Shown here one piece after another: positions 23,901-35,200 of a stretch of DNA of 64,000 nt. Both the position numbers and the translations under genes were made by a program. How positions within the stretch are numbered: position 1 is the first letter of the stretch; each line of letters starts with the position of its first letter. A model generated the notes under the pieces. That model was given only the letters and a program-made list of their open reading frames with translations, was not told the DNA's origin and made no database searches. The stretch comes from Cyanophora paradoxa CCMP329. Taxonomy: Eukaryota > Plantae > Glaucophyta. The stretch is from assembly GCA_004431415.1 (NCBI GenBank), contig QPMI01000283.1, forward strand, positions 1 to 64,000. Direction: 5' to 3'.

Positions 23901-26900
23901 CCTCCAGCGAGAGGCTCACCCGCGCCGAGGCGTCCCCGGCGTAGATGGCGCCCCCGGCGCCCGTGCCGGAGCCGTCGGGGGCGGCGGCGGAGCTGCGGGC
24001 GAAGGTGGAGGCGAAGAGGTGGAGGGCGGCGGGGCGGATGGTGGCGAGGCCGGCGGCGTCGCGGGAGGGGAAGCCCCCGAAGGAGAGGGCGCCCCCGAGG
24101 AGCGCCGCGTTCCCCTCGAAGGTCAGCCCCGCCAGGCTCCCGCTCGTCCCGTCCACCACCCACGCCCCGCCCCCGTGGCCCAGCCCCGCGCTGTTGTTCA
24201 CGAACCGCGTGCCCCGCAGCACCAGCAGCTCCGCCCGCTTCACCGAGAGCGCCCCGCCGCCGCCCGGGGTGCCGGGCGCGAGGGCCCCGCCGCCGGCGCC
24301 GAGGCCGTTGGCGTTGCGGAGGAAGGAGGAGCCGTCGATGGACACGAGCTCGGCGACCTCCACGTGCAGCGCCCCGCCTGCCCCGCCCCGCCCCGCCTCA
24401 GCGACCCCGCCCGAGCGCCACAACCCGGGCCAGCGCTGGGCACCGCCGAGGACGTAGTAGCTGCCGGCGAGGGGCGGGCTCCCGGCGGGCAGCTCCGCGA
24501 AGTTGTCGGCGAAGAGGCAGCCCTCGACGCGCACCTCCCCGCTGTAGACCACCTGCACCGCCCCGCCCCCGGCGATCACCGCCCCCGGCGAGTACGTGTT
24601 GCACTGCCCCCCGCCCGGGTCAGCCGGCGGCCGAAGGGAGCGGGGGCCTGGGCGGGGCGGGGCGGACGGAGAGGAAGGCGTTCTCGGGCCCGTAGGCGGG
24701 GTTGCGCAGGGGGCAGTCCTCGGGGGTCCCCACTGCGCGCGGCAGGGGGCGCGAGGCTCAGGGGCGGGCAGACGGGGCGGGGCGGGGGGCGGGGGAGCGG
24801 ACGGCGGCGGTTGCGGCGGAACTCGACGTCGCGGAGGAGCACGCGGCGGGCGAGCCGCACCCGCAGCGCGCCCCCGGGGCCCGAGCAGCCGACGAAGCGG
24901 CTCTCCTCCACCGCCACCGTCAGCCGCGCGTCCCGCCCCGCCAGGTCCCACCCCCGCGGGTTGAAGAGCAGGCACCCGGGCACGGCGTAGGCCCCCGCGG
25001 GGGCGGCGCCATTGAGCCAGGTGATGCCGCGGATGCGGATGCCGCGGGCGAAGGAGTTGACGAAGGCGGTGGGGGCCCCCGCCGAGGCGCAGTCGATGGC
25101 CGTGTAGTCGCGGCCGCGCAGGCCGACGACGCTGATCTCGTAGGGCGTCGTCGTGTTGCCGAGCACGTCCCCGTCGGGCCCCCCGCAGAAGCCGGGGCCC
25201 TCGTAGCGCCCCGGCAGCAGCGCGATGCTCGTCCCCGCCGCCACGCCCCGCGCCGCCCGCAGCAGCGTCGCGTACGGGCGCGCGAAGGAGCCGTCCCCGC
25301 CGGCGTCGCTCCCCCCGGGCGCCACGTACACCGCCCTCCTCCCCTCCCCCTCCGCCAGCGCCGCCGGCATCGGGCAGAAGCCGCACACCCCGCTCCCGGG
25401 GTACGCCGCGCCGGCGCCGGTGCAGTCGCCGGCGCGGAGGGCGGCGGCGGCCGCGGCGGGGAAGGAGGGGAGGGCGGCGCAGTCGGGGTCGAGGGCGCCG
25501 CAGCCGCAGTCGCAGACGCCGTCGGCCCAGCGCGCGTGCCCGCACTTCCACCCCGCCTCCGTCACCGCGCAGTTCTCCCCATAGAACCCCGCCTCGCACC
25601 TGCCGCCCCCTCAGCGCCGGCCGCCCCCGCCGGGAGGGGAGGGGGGGCGGGGGCGCATGCGCACTGGCACTCGCCGCGCACGCAGGCGCCGTGGCCGGAG
25701 CAGCCGCCGCGGGGGCAGGTGACGGAGCGGTAGCTCGCCCCCGCGAGGGGGTTCGCGTTGGAGGCCCCGCTCGCGAAGGTCACCGCGAGGGCCGCCCCCG
25801 AGCCCTTCACCGTGCCCCCCGGGTACCCGCTCTCGGCGCGCAGGAGGACGGGGGCGGCGGCGTCGGGCCCGTCGTGGACGGCGAGGGTGTCCCCCGGGGC
25901 GAGGGCGGCGGCGAGGGCGGGGAGGGTGAGCCACACGGAGTCGTACCCCGCGGCGCGCTGGTCCAGCAGCCACGCGCATGCCGCCGCCGGGGCGGGCGGG
26001 GCGAAGGCGGCGGTGACGGAGGGGGCGGCGGGGGCGGCGAGGGGGACGGGCGCGGGCCCGCAGAAGCCGGTCTCGCGGGCGTAGGCGGCCTCGAAGCCGG
26101 GCCCGACGCCCTCCCCGTCCGACGCGAAGGCGACGTAGAGGGCCGGGCCCGAGGAGCGCAGCTCCAGCGGCCCGGCGCCCGCCCCCGCCAGCTCCCCCAG
26201 CAGCGGCGCCCCGGCGTCCGCCCCGTCGTGCACGGTGACCGTGTCCCCGGGGCCCAGCTCGAGGCGCGAGAAGCGGAGCACGATGGAGCCGGCGGCGGCG
26301 GCGGGGGCGATGCGCCAGGCGCAGGCCATGCCGTTGACGTAGGTCCCGCCGGCGGCGCCGTCGGAGAGTGTGCCGGCGTCGGCGGTGAGGGCGGCCTCGC
26401 CGGCGCAGAGGGCGCCCCCGCCGGCGGTCTCGTAGGCCACGGCGAAGGAGGGGACGGGCCCCGCGAGGGCCGCCCCCGAGGTCGCCACGTAGGAGAGGTA
26501 GACCGAGGAGGAGGTCGAGGTGTACGCCAGGCCGGCGGCGGGGCCCGTGAGGGCCGCCATCAGCAGCCCGCCGGCCGCCGAGGGCGGCGGGCCGTCGTAG
26601 AGGGACAGGAAGTCCCGCCCAGGGGCCCCCTCGAAGCGGGCCACGGTCACCCGGACCGCCGCCGGGGCGCCCCCGCCGGGCGCCAGCCGCCACGTGCAGC
26701 GGAGCAGGGGGAAGGCGGGGTCGGCGGCGGGGCCCGAGCCCGGCAGCGCGCGCACGGCGAAGGGGTCGCCGGCCCCGGCCGCCCCGCGGAAGACGGCCCC
26801 CGGGCCGGGCGGGGCGTCGGCGCCGGCGATGCAGTCGGCGGGGCCCCAGGCGAGGGCGAGGGCGGGGGCGGGGCGGCCCGGGGAGCGGAGGAGCTCGAGG

Positions 26901-29414
26901 GTGAAGGGGGCGCCGGAGCGGGAGAGGAAGGTGGAGGGGCGGGCCTCGCGGGGGTCCAGCGAGCCCCGGAAGGTCGCCACCAGCGCCGCCTCGTCCCGCC
27001 CCGCCCCCTCGAACAGCCGCACCCGGTCGAGCTCGTCCCCCGAGAGCGACAGTAGCGCCAGCGCGAACGGCCCCGCCGCCTCCGGCGCCACCGTCCACAC
27101 CGTGCACGCCGCCTCCGCCGCCGCCCCCGCCAGCTCCGCCCGCCCCCTCGCCCCCGTGAAGGAGCGCGCCGCGCACGCCACCGCCCGGTACTGCGCGACG
27201 ATGCCCGTGTAGGGGTACGCGTCGCCGACGCGGGGGCCCGGGTCGGCGGCGAAGCGGAGGGCCATGCCGCGGACGCCCGGCGGCGTGGCGAGGGCGAAGG
27301 GCAGCGCGAGGCCGCTGTACCCCGCCAGCAGCTCCGCCCCTGGGGCGTCCAGCGCCGTGCCGGCCCAGACGCTGAGCGTGTCCTTCCCGTGCACGCTCTC
27401 GAAGCTCGAGAAGCTGAGGAGGAGCACGTCGTAGGGGCCCGGCGGGTCGATCACCCACTCGCAGGCCGCCCCGGGCGCGTAGGCGACGCCGGTCGGAGTG
27501 CTGTGGATGGTGCCGGCGGGGGCGGTGAGGGTGGCGGGGCCGGCGCAGGCGGCGAGCGGGGCGGGCGCGAGGGCGAGGCGGAGGGCGACGGCGGCGTCGA
27601 AGGCGAGGCTCGCGGGGAAGAGCTCCAGGAGCAGCTCGTCCCCCGCCGTCACCGCCGCCGGCAGCCTCTGGGCCGCCGCCCCCAGCGCGGGGTCCGCCGG
27701 CAGGCGCCGCGAGGAGGCCCCCGCCAGCACGCGCGCTCCGGGCGCCCGCGACGGGTCCGTCACCTGCGCCGGCCCCCGCGAGGGTGAGCGGGGGCGGGGG
27801 CGGGCCGGGGCCGGGGGCGGGGGGGCGGGCCTTGAGGAAGCCGGCGGCCATGAGGTCGAGGGCGAGGAGCTGCACGGCGATCGCCTGCCCGCCCCCGCCC
27901 CCGCCCGCCACCGGCAGCACGGCGCGCACGCCCCGCCCTCCAGCTCCGCCCGTCCCACGCTCAGCTCCGCCGGCACCCCGCCCAGCACCCGCGTCGCCGT
28001 GCAGTCCGCTGCCGCCCGCGGCCCGCACCGTGAGCGGCCGCGTCGGGCGGGGCGGGGCGGGGCGGGGCGGGGCGGGGCGGGGCGGGCCGGTGCTCCAGGC
28101 GGCGGAGAAGGAGGAGCCGGGGCCGGGGACGTAGGCGAAGAGGAAGAGGGCGCCGTCCCCCACGAAGACCGCCCCGGGCGCGGGGGCCGTCCCCTCCGCC
28201 CCCGCGAAGCGCGCCAGCGGCCGCCCGTTGCGGTCCGTCCCCGCGAAGAGCTTCAGCACCGCCCCCGGCGCCAGGCTCGCCCCGCTGAAGCTCAGCGTCA
28301 CCGCGTCCCTCCCCGACGCCTCGAGCCTCCAGGCGATGCAGGTGGGGGAGGAGTCGGAGGGGAGGAGGGCGATGGAGCCCGAGCCCGGGGCGGTGTCCAC
28401 CACCGTCAGCGGCGCGCACGCCTCGCTCGCGATGTGGTAGCTCCACCGGCTGTAGTCCCCCGCCTTGTTGCTCCACCACATCACCGACGCCGGCGCCCGC
28501 ACAGCATCCACCGCGCCCAGGTGCGTCTGCGACGCGTCCTGCGCGCTCACCGGCGTGTACTGATCGTAGATGGTGTTCCCCCAGTTGCTCGCCAGCTCAG
28601 TCCCCGTCACCTGCCGACGGCGGCGGGCGCATGCATGTGGTCAGACCACATGTACATTAAGCGCCGCGCGCGCGCGCCCGCAGGCCGCAGGCCGCGGCTG
28701 CGCACTATCGTCAACTCGTCCCAGTCGCTGCCGAGCAGGACGAGGTTGTGGATCTTGAAGCCGATCTGCAGCGTACGATCAGGAGGCAGCGCTAGCACTG
28801 TGTGCATACGCATGCGAGCGAGCTGAAGCGGCGGTGCGAGATCGCGCACCTCGCACTGCGTCTCCACGCACAGATCCGGCACGACACTCTGCGTACGCGC
28901 CGAGTTAGCTCTAGGGTCCGAAATGCGGCGGCCGCACAGTTCTAGAGCAATCAGACGCGCCCAGTGGCACCAACGCATCACCACATCGCCCTGGAGGCAG
29001 CAATGAGATACAGCGAGGACGGCGTACGCGCGCTTCACTGACCTGCGTCCCGCCCTCGAGCACGCCGCTCTCTGCCGTGAGTGTCGTGTCGCCCCGGCAG
29101 TACCCGCCTTCGCCGCCGACGAAGCTGAGAAAGGAAGTACATGCCAGGGCCGCCAAGAGGAGTACCAGAGAACGCCCACAGCGAGCGGCTGCAGGATCTC
29201 CCTCAAGGGGACCTTTCCGTGCTCGAGCTCGGCCGACCGAAGCCGCTCCGGATCCGGCGGTGGATGGCGGGCTGGGCACTCTTCGTGGTCCAATCCCACG
29301 AACTGGAGCCCCAACGTTGAGATCCGTCGAGCTGTAGGCATGTTTGTTTCTCGAAGTGCACAGCGAGCCGGTCCACGCTCGCGGTAACCCGCCGCGGCCG
29401 CCGCCTTCGTTCAT
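17992..29414 (-). CDS. Giant surface protein: tandem CUB domains, EGF, pectin-lyase-like beta-helix with GGA(L/I)/FxxN (Pmp-like) repeats, Cys-rich region, about 9 TM segments
   Basis: A hydrophobic leader reads SLVLLLAALACTSFL. CUB motifs include CAGPATLTAPAGTIHS..YAPGAACEWVI and GTLSDG..YVNGMACAWRI. The EGF domain is CSGHGACVRGECQCEAGFYGENC. Other segments are VYVAPGGSDAGGDGSFARPYATL, many FxxNxA..GGAL repeats, GPLCTVCQEGY, and the TM block YWETVSLVRKLVIGFVVVFF...MKPW. Start and exact stop (LETLVQTL*) are uncertain. Confidence 0.8.
28048..28082. repeat. (CGGGG)n intronic microsatellite, G-quadruplex-capable; representative of many similar tracts (e.g. 2082-2110)
   Basis: About 7 perfect CGGGG units form the 5' (CCCCG on the sense strand) part of a minus-strand intron. 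Confidence 0.8.
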
Positions 29415-29883
29415 CTACGGGAGGCTGCTTGCTATTTTATTGATCTGGGATATACATCTCCGAGCAGCTGCAGCAGTTGATGATGAAGAGCTCGAGTATC
29501 CGTCGACGTCGGCGCTGGGCCCGGCCCAGAATCCTGGACGACGCCGCGGCCGCAAGAGCAAGTCTCGAGGAGGAGCGTAAACAGATCGCGATGAGGCCTA
29601 GGCCTAGGTCGGTAGCGACGCCAAGAGACACTCCTGCTGCGGCCCCGTTTGCTTCTAGAACGAAGTGCTGCTGCCCGACGCTTTGGGGAAATTATTGCAG
29701 TTGGACCAGGATCGAGTCTGGACTCTGGATAGAAAGCCACCTCGATCCGGATCCGATCGATATATCGAGCACCGCAATTAATGAGCGCTAGCTGGATCGG
29801 CAATGAACGTACCCTGGCAGGGGGGAAAGGGAAGCAAGTGGGTACACATCGTGAGCCCGCAGTTCGGGTCGATGCATATGCAT

Positions 29884-31512
29884 ATGGCGTCGACGTCGCT
29901 GCTATCGATGCGCACGCGCGCCCTGCAGCCTTCGACCCGGCTGGCAGCAGCGCGAAGGGTCGCCAGCTCCAGCGCACCCCTAGCCGCGACCGCGCCCGTA
30001 GCTACGGTCGCCCTCGCGCCGTACGCGTACGACGCGAAGGCCCTCGCTCGATCGGTGCCGATAATCGGACAGCGCGGCTTCGCCACCGCCGCGAAGAAGA
30101 GTCCAGCAGCGGAGCTGCGGGCGCTCTTCAGCAAGGACGGGTGCTCTTCAGCACAATCCTGCTTTCTTCGACGCTGACGGCTTCGCGCAGCTGCGTCACG
30201 ATCCCCTGCGCCTATGACGCGCTGTCGGCAAAACTTGTCCAGCGCGCTGGCTTCCCCGCGACCTTCATGTCGGGCTTCTGCACGGCAGGCGCGCAATGTA
30301 GCCGGCCTCGGCGACCGTCGGCCGCGCGCGGGGCTGAGCGTCCGATCCGGCGCAGGGGCGCGGCTGGCGTTCCCTGACACGCAGCTCATCAGCTTCGGGG
30401 AGATGCTGGACCAGGGGCGCAACATCTGCGGCGCCGTCAGCATACCGGTCATCGGGGACGGCGACACCGGCTACGGCAACGCGGTGCGAGCCCTCTTCGA
30501 TTTCGCCGCCCGGCGGCGGGGCGGGCGGGCGACGGGGCCGGGGCGGGGGCAGCTGAACGTGAAGCGGACGGTGCGGGAGTACGCGCGGGCCGGCTTCGCG
30601 TGCATCATGATCGAGGACCAGCTCCAGCCGAAGCGCTGCGGCCACACCAAGGCTCGCCCGCCCCCCTGCCCCGACCGCGCCGCGTGCGCGGGGCGAGGGG
30701 GGGCGGGGGCAGGGGAAGGCGGTGGTGGGGCGGGAGGAGGCGCTGGCGCGGGTGCGGGCGGCGGTGGACGCGACGCGCGAGGGCGCCGACATCATGATCC
30801 TCGCCCGCACGGACGCGCGCCAGACCCTCGGCTTCGAGGAGGCCCTCTGGCGCTGCAACGAGTTCCGCAAGGCCCGCCCCGGACCGGGCCCCGGGGGCGG
30901 CGCCGGGCGGGGGGCCTGGGCTGAGGGGCGGGGGCAGCTGGGGGCTGAGATCACGTTCATGGAGGCGCCCGAGTCGGAGGCGGAGATGGCCGAGTACTGC
31001 CGCCGCGTCGACGGCTGGAAGATGGGTGAAGCCCGAGCCCTGACCCTGCTCGAGCATGCCGTAACTCCCTTACTCACGCGTTTGTTTTTTTTCCCCAGCG
31101 AATATGTTGGAATTCGGAAAGACTGTACCCCCCCGTCCCCCGCCCCCCGCCCCCCCTCCTGGTCGCGGCGGCTGAGGCGCGGGCCCGGGCAGCCGATCCT
31201 GCCGAACGAGGCGCTGGGGCGGATGGGCTTCAAGCTGGCGATCTACCCGCTGACGCTGATGTCGGCGTCGGTGAAGGCGATGCAGGAGACGCTCGCGGCC
31301 CTCAAGAAGGGCGACACCCCGCTCGACAAGCTCCTCCCCTTCTCCGAGGCCCGCCCCGCCCCGCCCCCCGCCCCTCCCGGGGCCTGACGTCAACGGGGCG
31401 GGCGGGGCAGCTGCGGGACGTCGTCGGCTTCCCGGAGTACTACGCGGAGGAGGAGAAGTACGCAACCGCCGCCGACCGCGCCGTCGCCCGCGCCGCGCCC
31501 CCGAAGGACTAG
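29884..31512 (+). CDS. Isocitrate lyase/PEP mutase superfamily C-C lyase (methylisocitrate/2,3-dimethylmalate lyase-like), likely mitochondrial
   Basis: Motifs are PCAYDALSAKLVQRAGF, IPVIGDGDTGYGNA, IEDQLQPKRCGHTK, ILARTDA and ANMLEFGKT. An Arg/Ser/Ala-rich presequence ends RGFATAAK. There are 8 introns, 4 of them GC-AG. Confidence 0.92.
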
Positions 31513-32292
31513 GCCCGCCCTCCCCCCCACGCGACCACGCCTCCCAACAGACCAGAACGGTCCCCACGGCCGCGGGCAGTGCCGCGTGCGCTTGGTCAAA
31601 TATTGAGGTGGGGTACTCCAAGGCTTATGCTTGCCTACCCCGTTAGGCTTGCCCACCCCGTTTCGCGATCGGTCACGCACAAATTGAAGGGTCGACGTCT
31701 GCTCATCTAGATCTCCCGATCCAGCTCCGAGCTCTTCATGATCACCGAGCGTTAGTGCATGCACGAGAGCCCGGCCCGGATCAATCCGTTGTGAGAACTC
31801 GAAAAATTGAGACTTGGAAGTGAGGAATGCTGCGCGCACGGAATAGACCGTCGGACTTCCGAGTTCCGAAGTTCAACTGTTCCCTTGCAGCGCCTGATCA
31901 TCGGATGGTCGACGTCCGACGGTCATCATGATATCGGATTTGTACATGTAGTCGTACGGTATACGCCGTGACGGGCCGGACTCCGGGACCAAGTGGTATC
32001 AATATCGATGCCCGGCCCGGCGCCGGCGGCCCGCACCAGGGCCCGAGCGGCTAAAAAGCGTGCTAAAGAGCTCAGGCTCCAGGATCCTGACAGTTGAGTT
32101 TTTGCACGTGCAAATTGTTGGCTACAAGCGCCAGTAGCCGTTTCATTCCAGTAGCCGACCAGAGTCAGAGCCCGTGCTTGCAAATTGCTCTGGGCCGCTG
32201 GCGTGCTATTTACGGAAAAGATAGCCGGCGGGAGGGGCGGGGGAGGAGCCAGCGAGAGGGGCAGGAGACAAGGGGACGGGGACGGGGCGGGG

Positions 32293-35200
32293 CTAGACCT
32301 GGAGGAGGACACGGATGCTGCTGGAGGCGGCCCCCGGGGAGGCGAGCATCGGCGGCATCCCCCCGACGCTCAGCGAGAGCGACGCCCCCGCCCCGCCCCG
32401 GACCCCGCCCCCGCCGTCCGCGTCGTCGCCCCCTGCAGCGACGCGCTCGCCGCCGACCGCACGCTCCCGTGCTCGCTCCCCGAGCCGCCCTCCGGCGCCG
32501 CCGCGAAGCGCAGGAGGCCGCCCGGGCCGAAGGAGGCGGCCGTGAGGGAGACGGAGAAGGCCCGCACACTGCTCCGCCGCCGGTTCGAGGGGAACTGGAG
32601 GAGCGGGGGCGGGCGGGCCTCGCGCGCGTGCTGCACCAGCGCCGCCCGCCGCTGCCGGGCCCGCCACGCGCGGAAGACCGCCTGGATCCGCGTCGCCGCC
32701 CGCTGCTGCCGCTTCTTCGGCTGCGCCGGCGTCGGACCCGCCCGCAACCGCGGGGCCGGCCCCGGGGCGCACCTTGGGGGGCGGGGGCTGGGCGGGGCCG
32801 GGCGGGGCGGGGGCGGGGTCGCGTGGCGGGGAGCGGGAGGCGGCGCGGAGCTGGGCGATGCGCTGGAAGGCCTTGGCGCGGACCTCGGCCGGCCGCTCCC
32901 CGACGAGGGCGCGGCGGGCCTGCAGCACGTGGCCGCCGACAGTGCTCGCCTCGTCGCGGCAGTGGCGCTGGTAGCCGGCGGCGCTGGCCATGTACCAGGC
33001 GACGACGGGCGAGGCGACCATCTCCTCGTGCAGCGCCGCGCGGCCCCCGGCGACGCGCTCCGCGACCGCGACCGCGAGCGCGAGCCGGCGCCCGGCGAGG
33101 GCGAGCGCGAGCCGCCGCCGCCCTCCCGCAGCAGCGCCCCCGCCAGCGCCCCCGCCCCCGTCGTCCCGGGCGCCGTCCGCGGCCGCCTCGCCGCCCCGCC
33201 GCCGCCGGTGCCGGCGGGGGCGGGCCGGGGGCGGGGGCGCGGGAGCGGGGCCGCGGGACGCCTGTGGAGGTGGAGGGACGGCTGGCGGGGCGCCCCGCAG
33301 AGCGCGCCGCCTCCTGCACCGCCGCCACGAACGTCGTCGCCAGCCTGCCGCCGCTCAGTCGCGCGGAAGCGCAGCTGGCGCGCCGATGGAGACGCGGGCG
33401 GCCGGGCGCACTGGGGCTGCCGGCGGGCGGCGCGGCCGGCGGAGTGGAGGCCGGCGTCGGCGGCGGCGGTGGCGAAGCGGCGCTGGAGCTCGGCGACGGT
33501 CTCCCGCAGCGTCCACGCGCTCGACTTGCGCCGCGCGAAGCGCACCCGCCCCGCCTCCTGCCCCGCCCGCTCGCCATCGCGCGCCCCGGGGCGGGGCGGG
33601 GCGGGGCGGGCACCTTGGGGTCGGAGGGGACGGGGAGGGGGGACGCCACGCCGCCTCCCCGGGGGGCGCCTCGGGGGCGGGGGCGGCCTCCTCGGGCTCC
33701 TCGCGGGGCCCTGGGGCGGTCGGGGCGGGGCCGGGGCGGGGCGTGGCGGGCGGCGTCCTCGTCGAGCCAGTCGAGGGCCTGCAGGATGTCCCGGTGAGCC
33801 GGCCCCGCCCCGCCTCCCCCTCCCCTCGCTCCCGCTGCTCGAGCCCTCGCCGCGGGGCCCCGGCCTCCGCCCGGCGCCGGGGGAACGGGTCCTCCTCGGC
33901 CCCGCCCCCGCGGATGGCGCCGCGGGGGCGGTGGCGGCGCGGGCGGCGCGGGGCGGCTGGGGACCGGGGCGGCCCGTAGTGGAGGGTGACGCGGGCGCCC
34001 TGCGGGAGGACGGGGCCGGGGAGGACCCGCAGCGGCACAGGGCCCGAGCTCGCCCGCCGCAGCCCCGTCCCCGCCACCGTGTGCGGCCGCTCCCCGGCTG
34101 ACCCCGCTCCCGCCGCCACCGCCGGGGACGGCACCGTCGCCGGCCGCTCGGGCGGGGGCGGGGGCGCCGGGGTGGCCCCCAGCGAGGGGCTCGCGGGTGC
34201 GAGGGCGGCTCGGAGAAGGGGGCTGCATGGCGTGGAGGCGCTGGCGGGGCCCTGCGCGGGGCTCGAGCTTGGGCGGAGAGAGGGCTTGCGGGGCTTCTGG
34301 GCGGGGCTGTGGGGCGCGCCGGGGGACGAGGGGGTGGAGGAGGCGAGGGCGCGCCCCGGGAGGGACATGCGGGGCACGATGGCGGGGCGGGGCGGGTTGG
34401 AGGGGGGCACGGGCAGCGAGGCGCGCCGGTTGGGCAGCGCCGGCTCGGAGGCGGACGAGAAGAGGGCGGGGCTGGCCGGCTCCGAGGCGGTGGCGGTGTG
34501 CGTGGGGGCGCTGCCCGCCGGGGAGGGGGCCCGCTGGAGCCCTCGGGGGGGCGTCGGGCCCCGCGAAGCGCAGGCTGCGGGGGTGGCCCTCGCGGGAGGG
34601 CCGCGGCGCCCCCAGCGGCTCCGGCGACGACGCCTCCTCGCCCCAGCTCGACCGCCGCGACTGCGCCTGGCTCGCCGCCGCCCCGACGCTCCCCTTCCGG
34701 CCCCGCTCCCCCCGCTCCCCCTTCTCGCTCCGCGCCGTCCTCACCCCCGCCGCCTCGCTGCGTGCCGTCTTGTCGCCGCGGGTGCGCGCCGTCTTGTCGC
34801 CGCGGGCGGTGGCGCGGTGCGTCTTCTCGCCGCGGTTGAGGCGCTCGCGCTCCTCGAGGAGGGCGGCGGCGGCGGCGGCGGCGGCCACCTCGGCCTGCAG
34901 GTGCGCCTCGGTCTCGTGGCTGCGCTTCTCGGCCTCGGCGGCGTGGGCGACGGCGAGCTGGGCGGCCTGCGCGAGCCCGAGGGCCTCGAAGAAGCCGGCC
35001 CGGCGGCGGCGGTCTTGACCTGCGTGAAGAGCCCGCGTCCCGCACCGCCGCCGCCCGCTGCTCCGCCGCCGCCGCCACCGCCTCCCGCAGCCGCTCGTCC
35101 GCCACCGCCCGGTCGTACGCCATCCGGATCTCCCGCTGCAGCACTGCCCCCGCCCGCGTCGGCGCGGGGCGGGCGGGGCGGGGCGGGGCGGGGGGCGGGA

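Noticed and set aside
29344-29791. Short ORFs in the spacer between the CUB gene and the lyase
   Set aside because: They show no recognisable motifs, codon bias or splice pattern, and are more likely promoter/UTR sequence.
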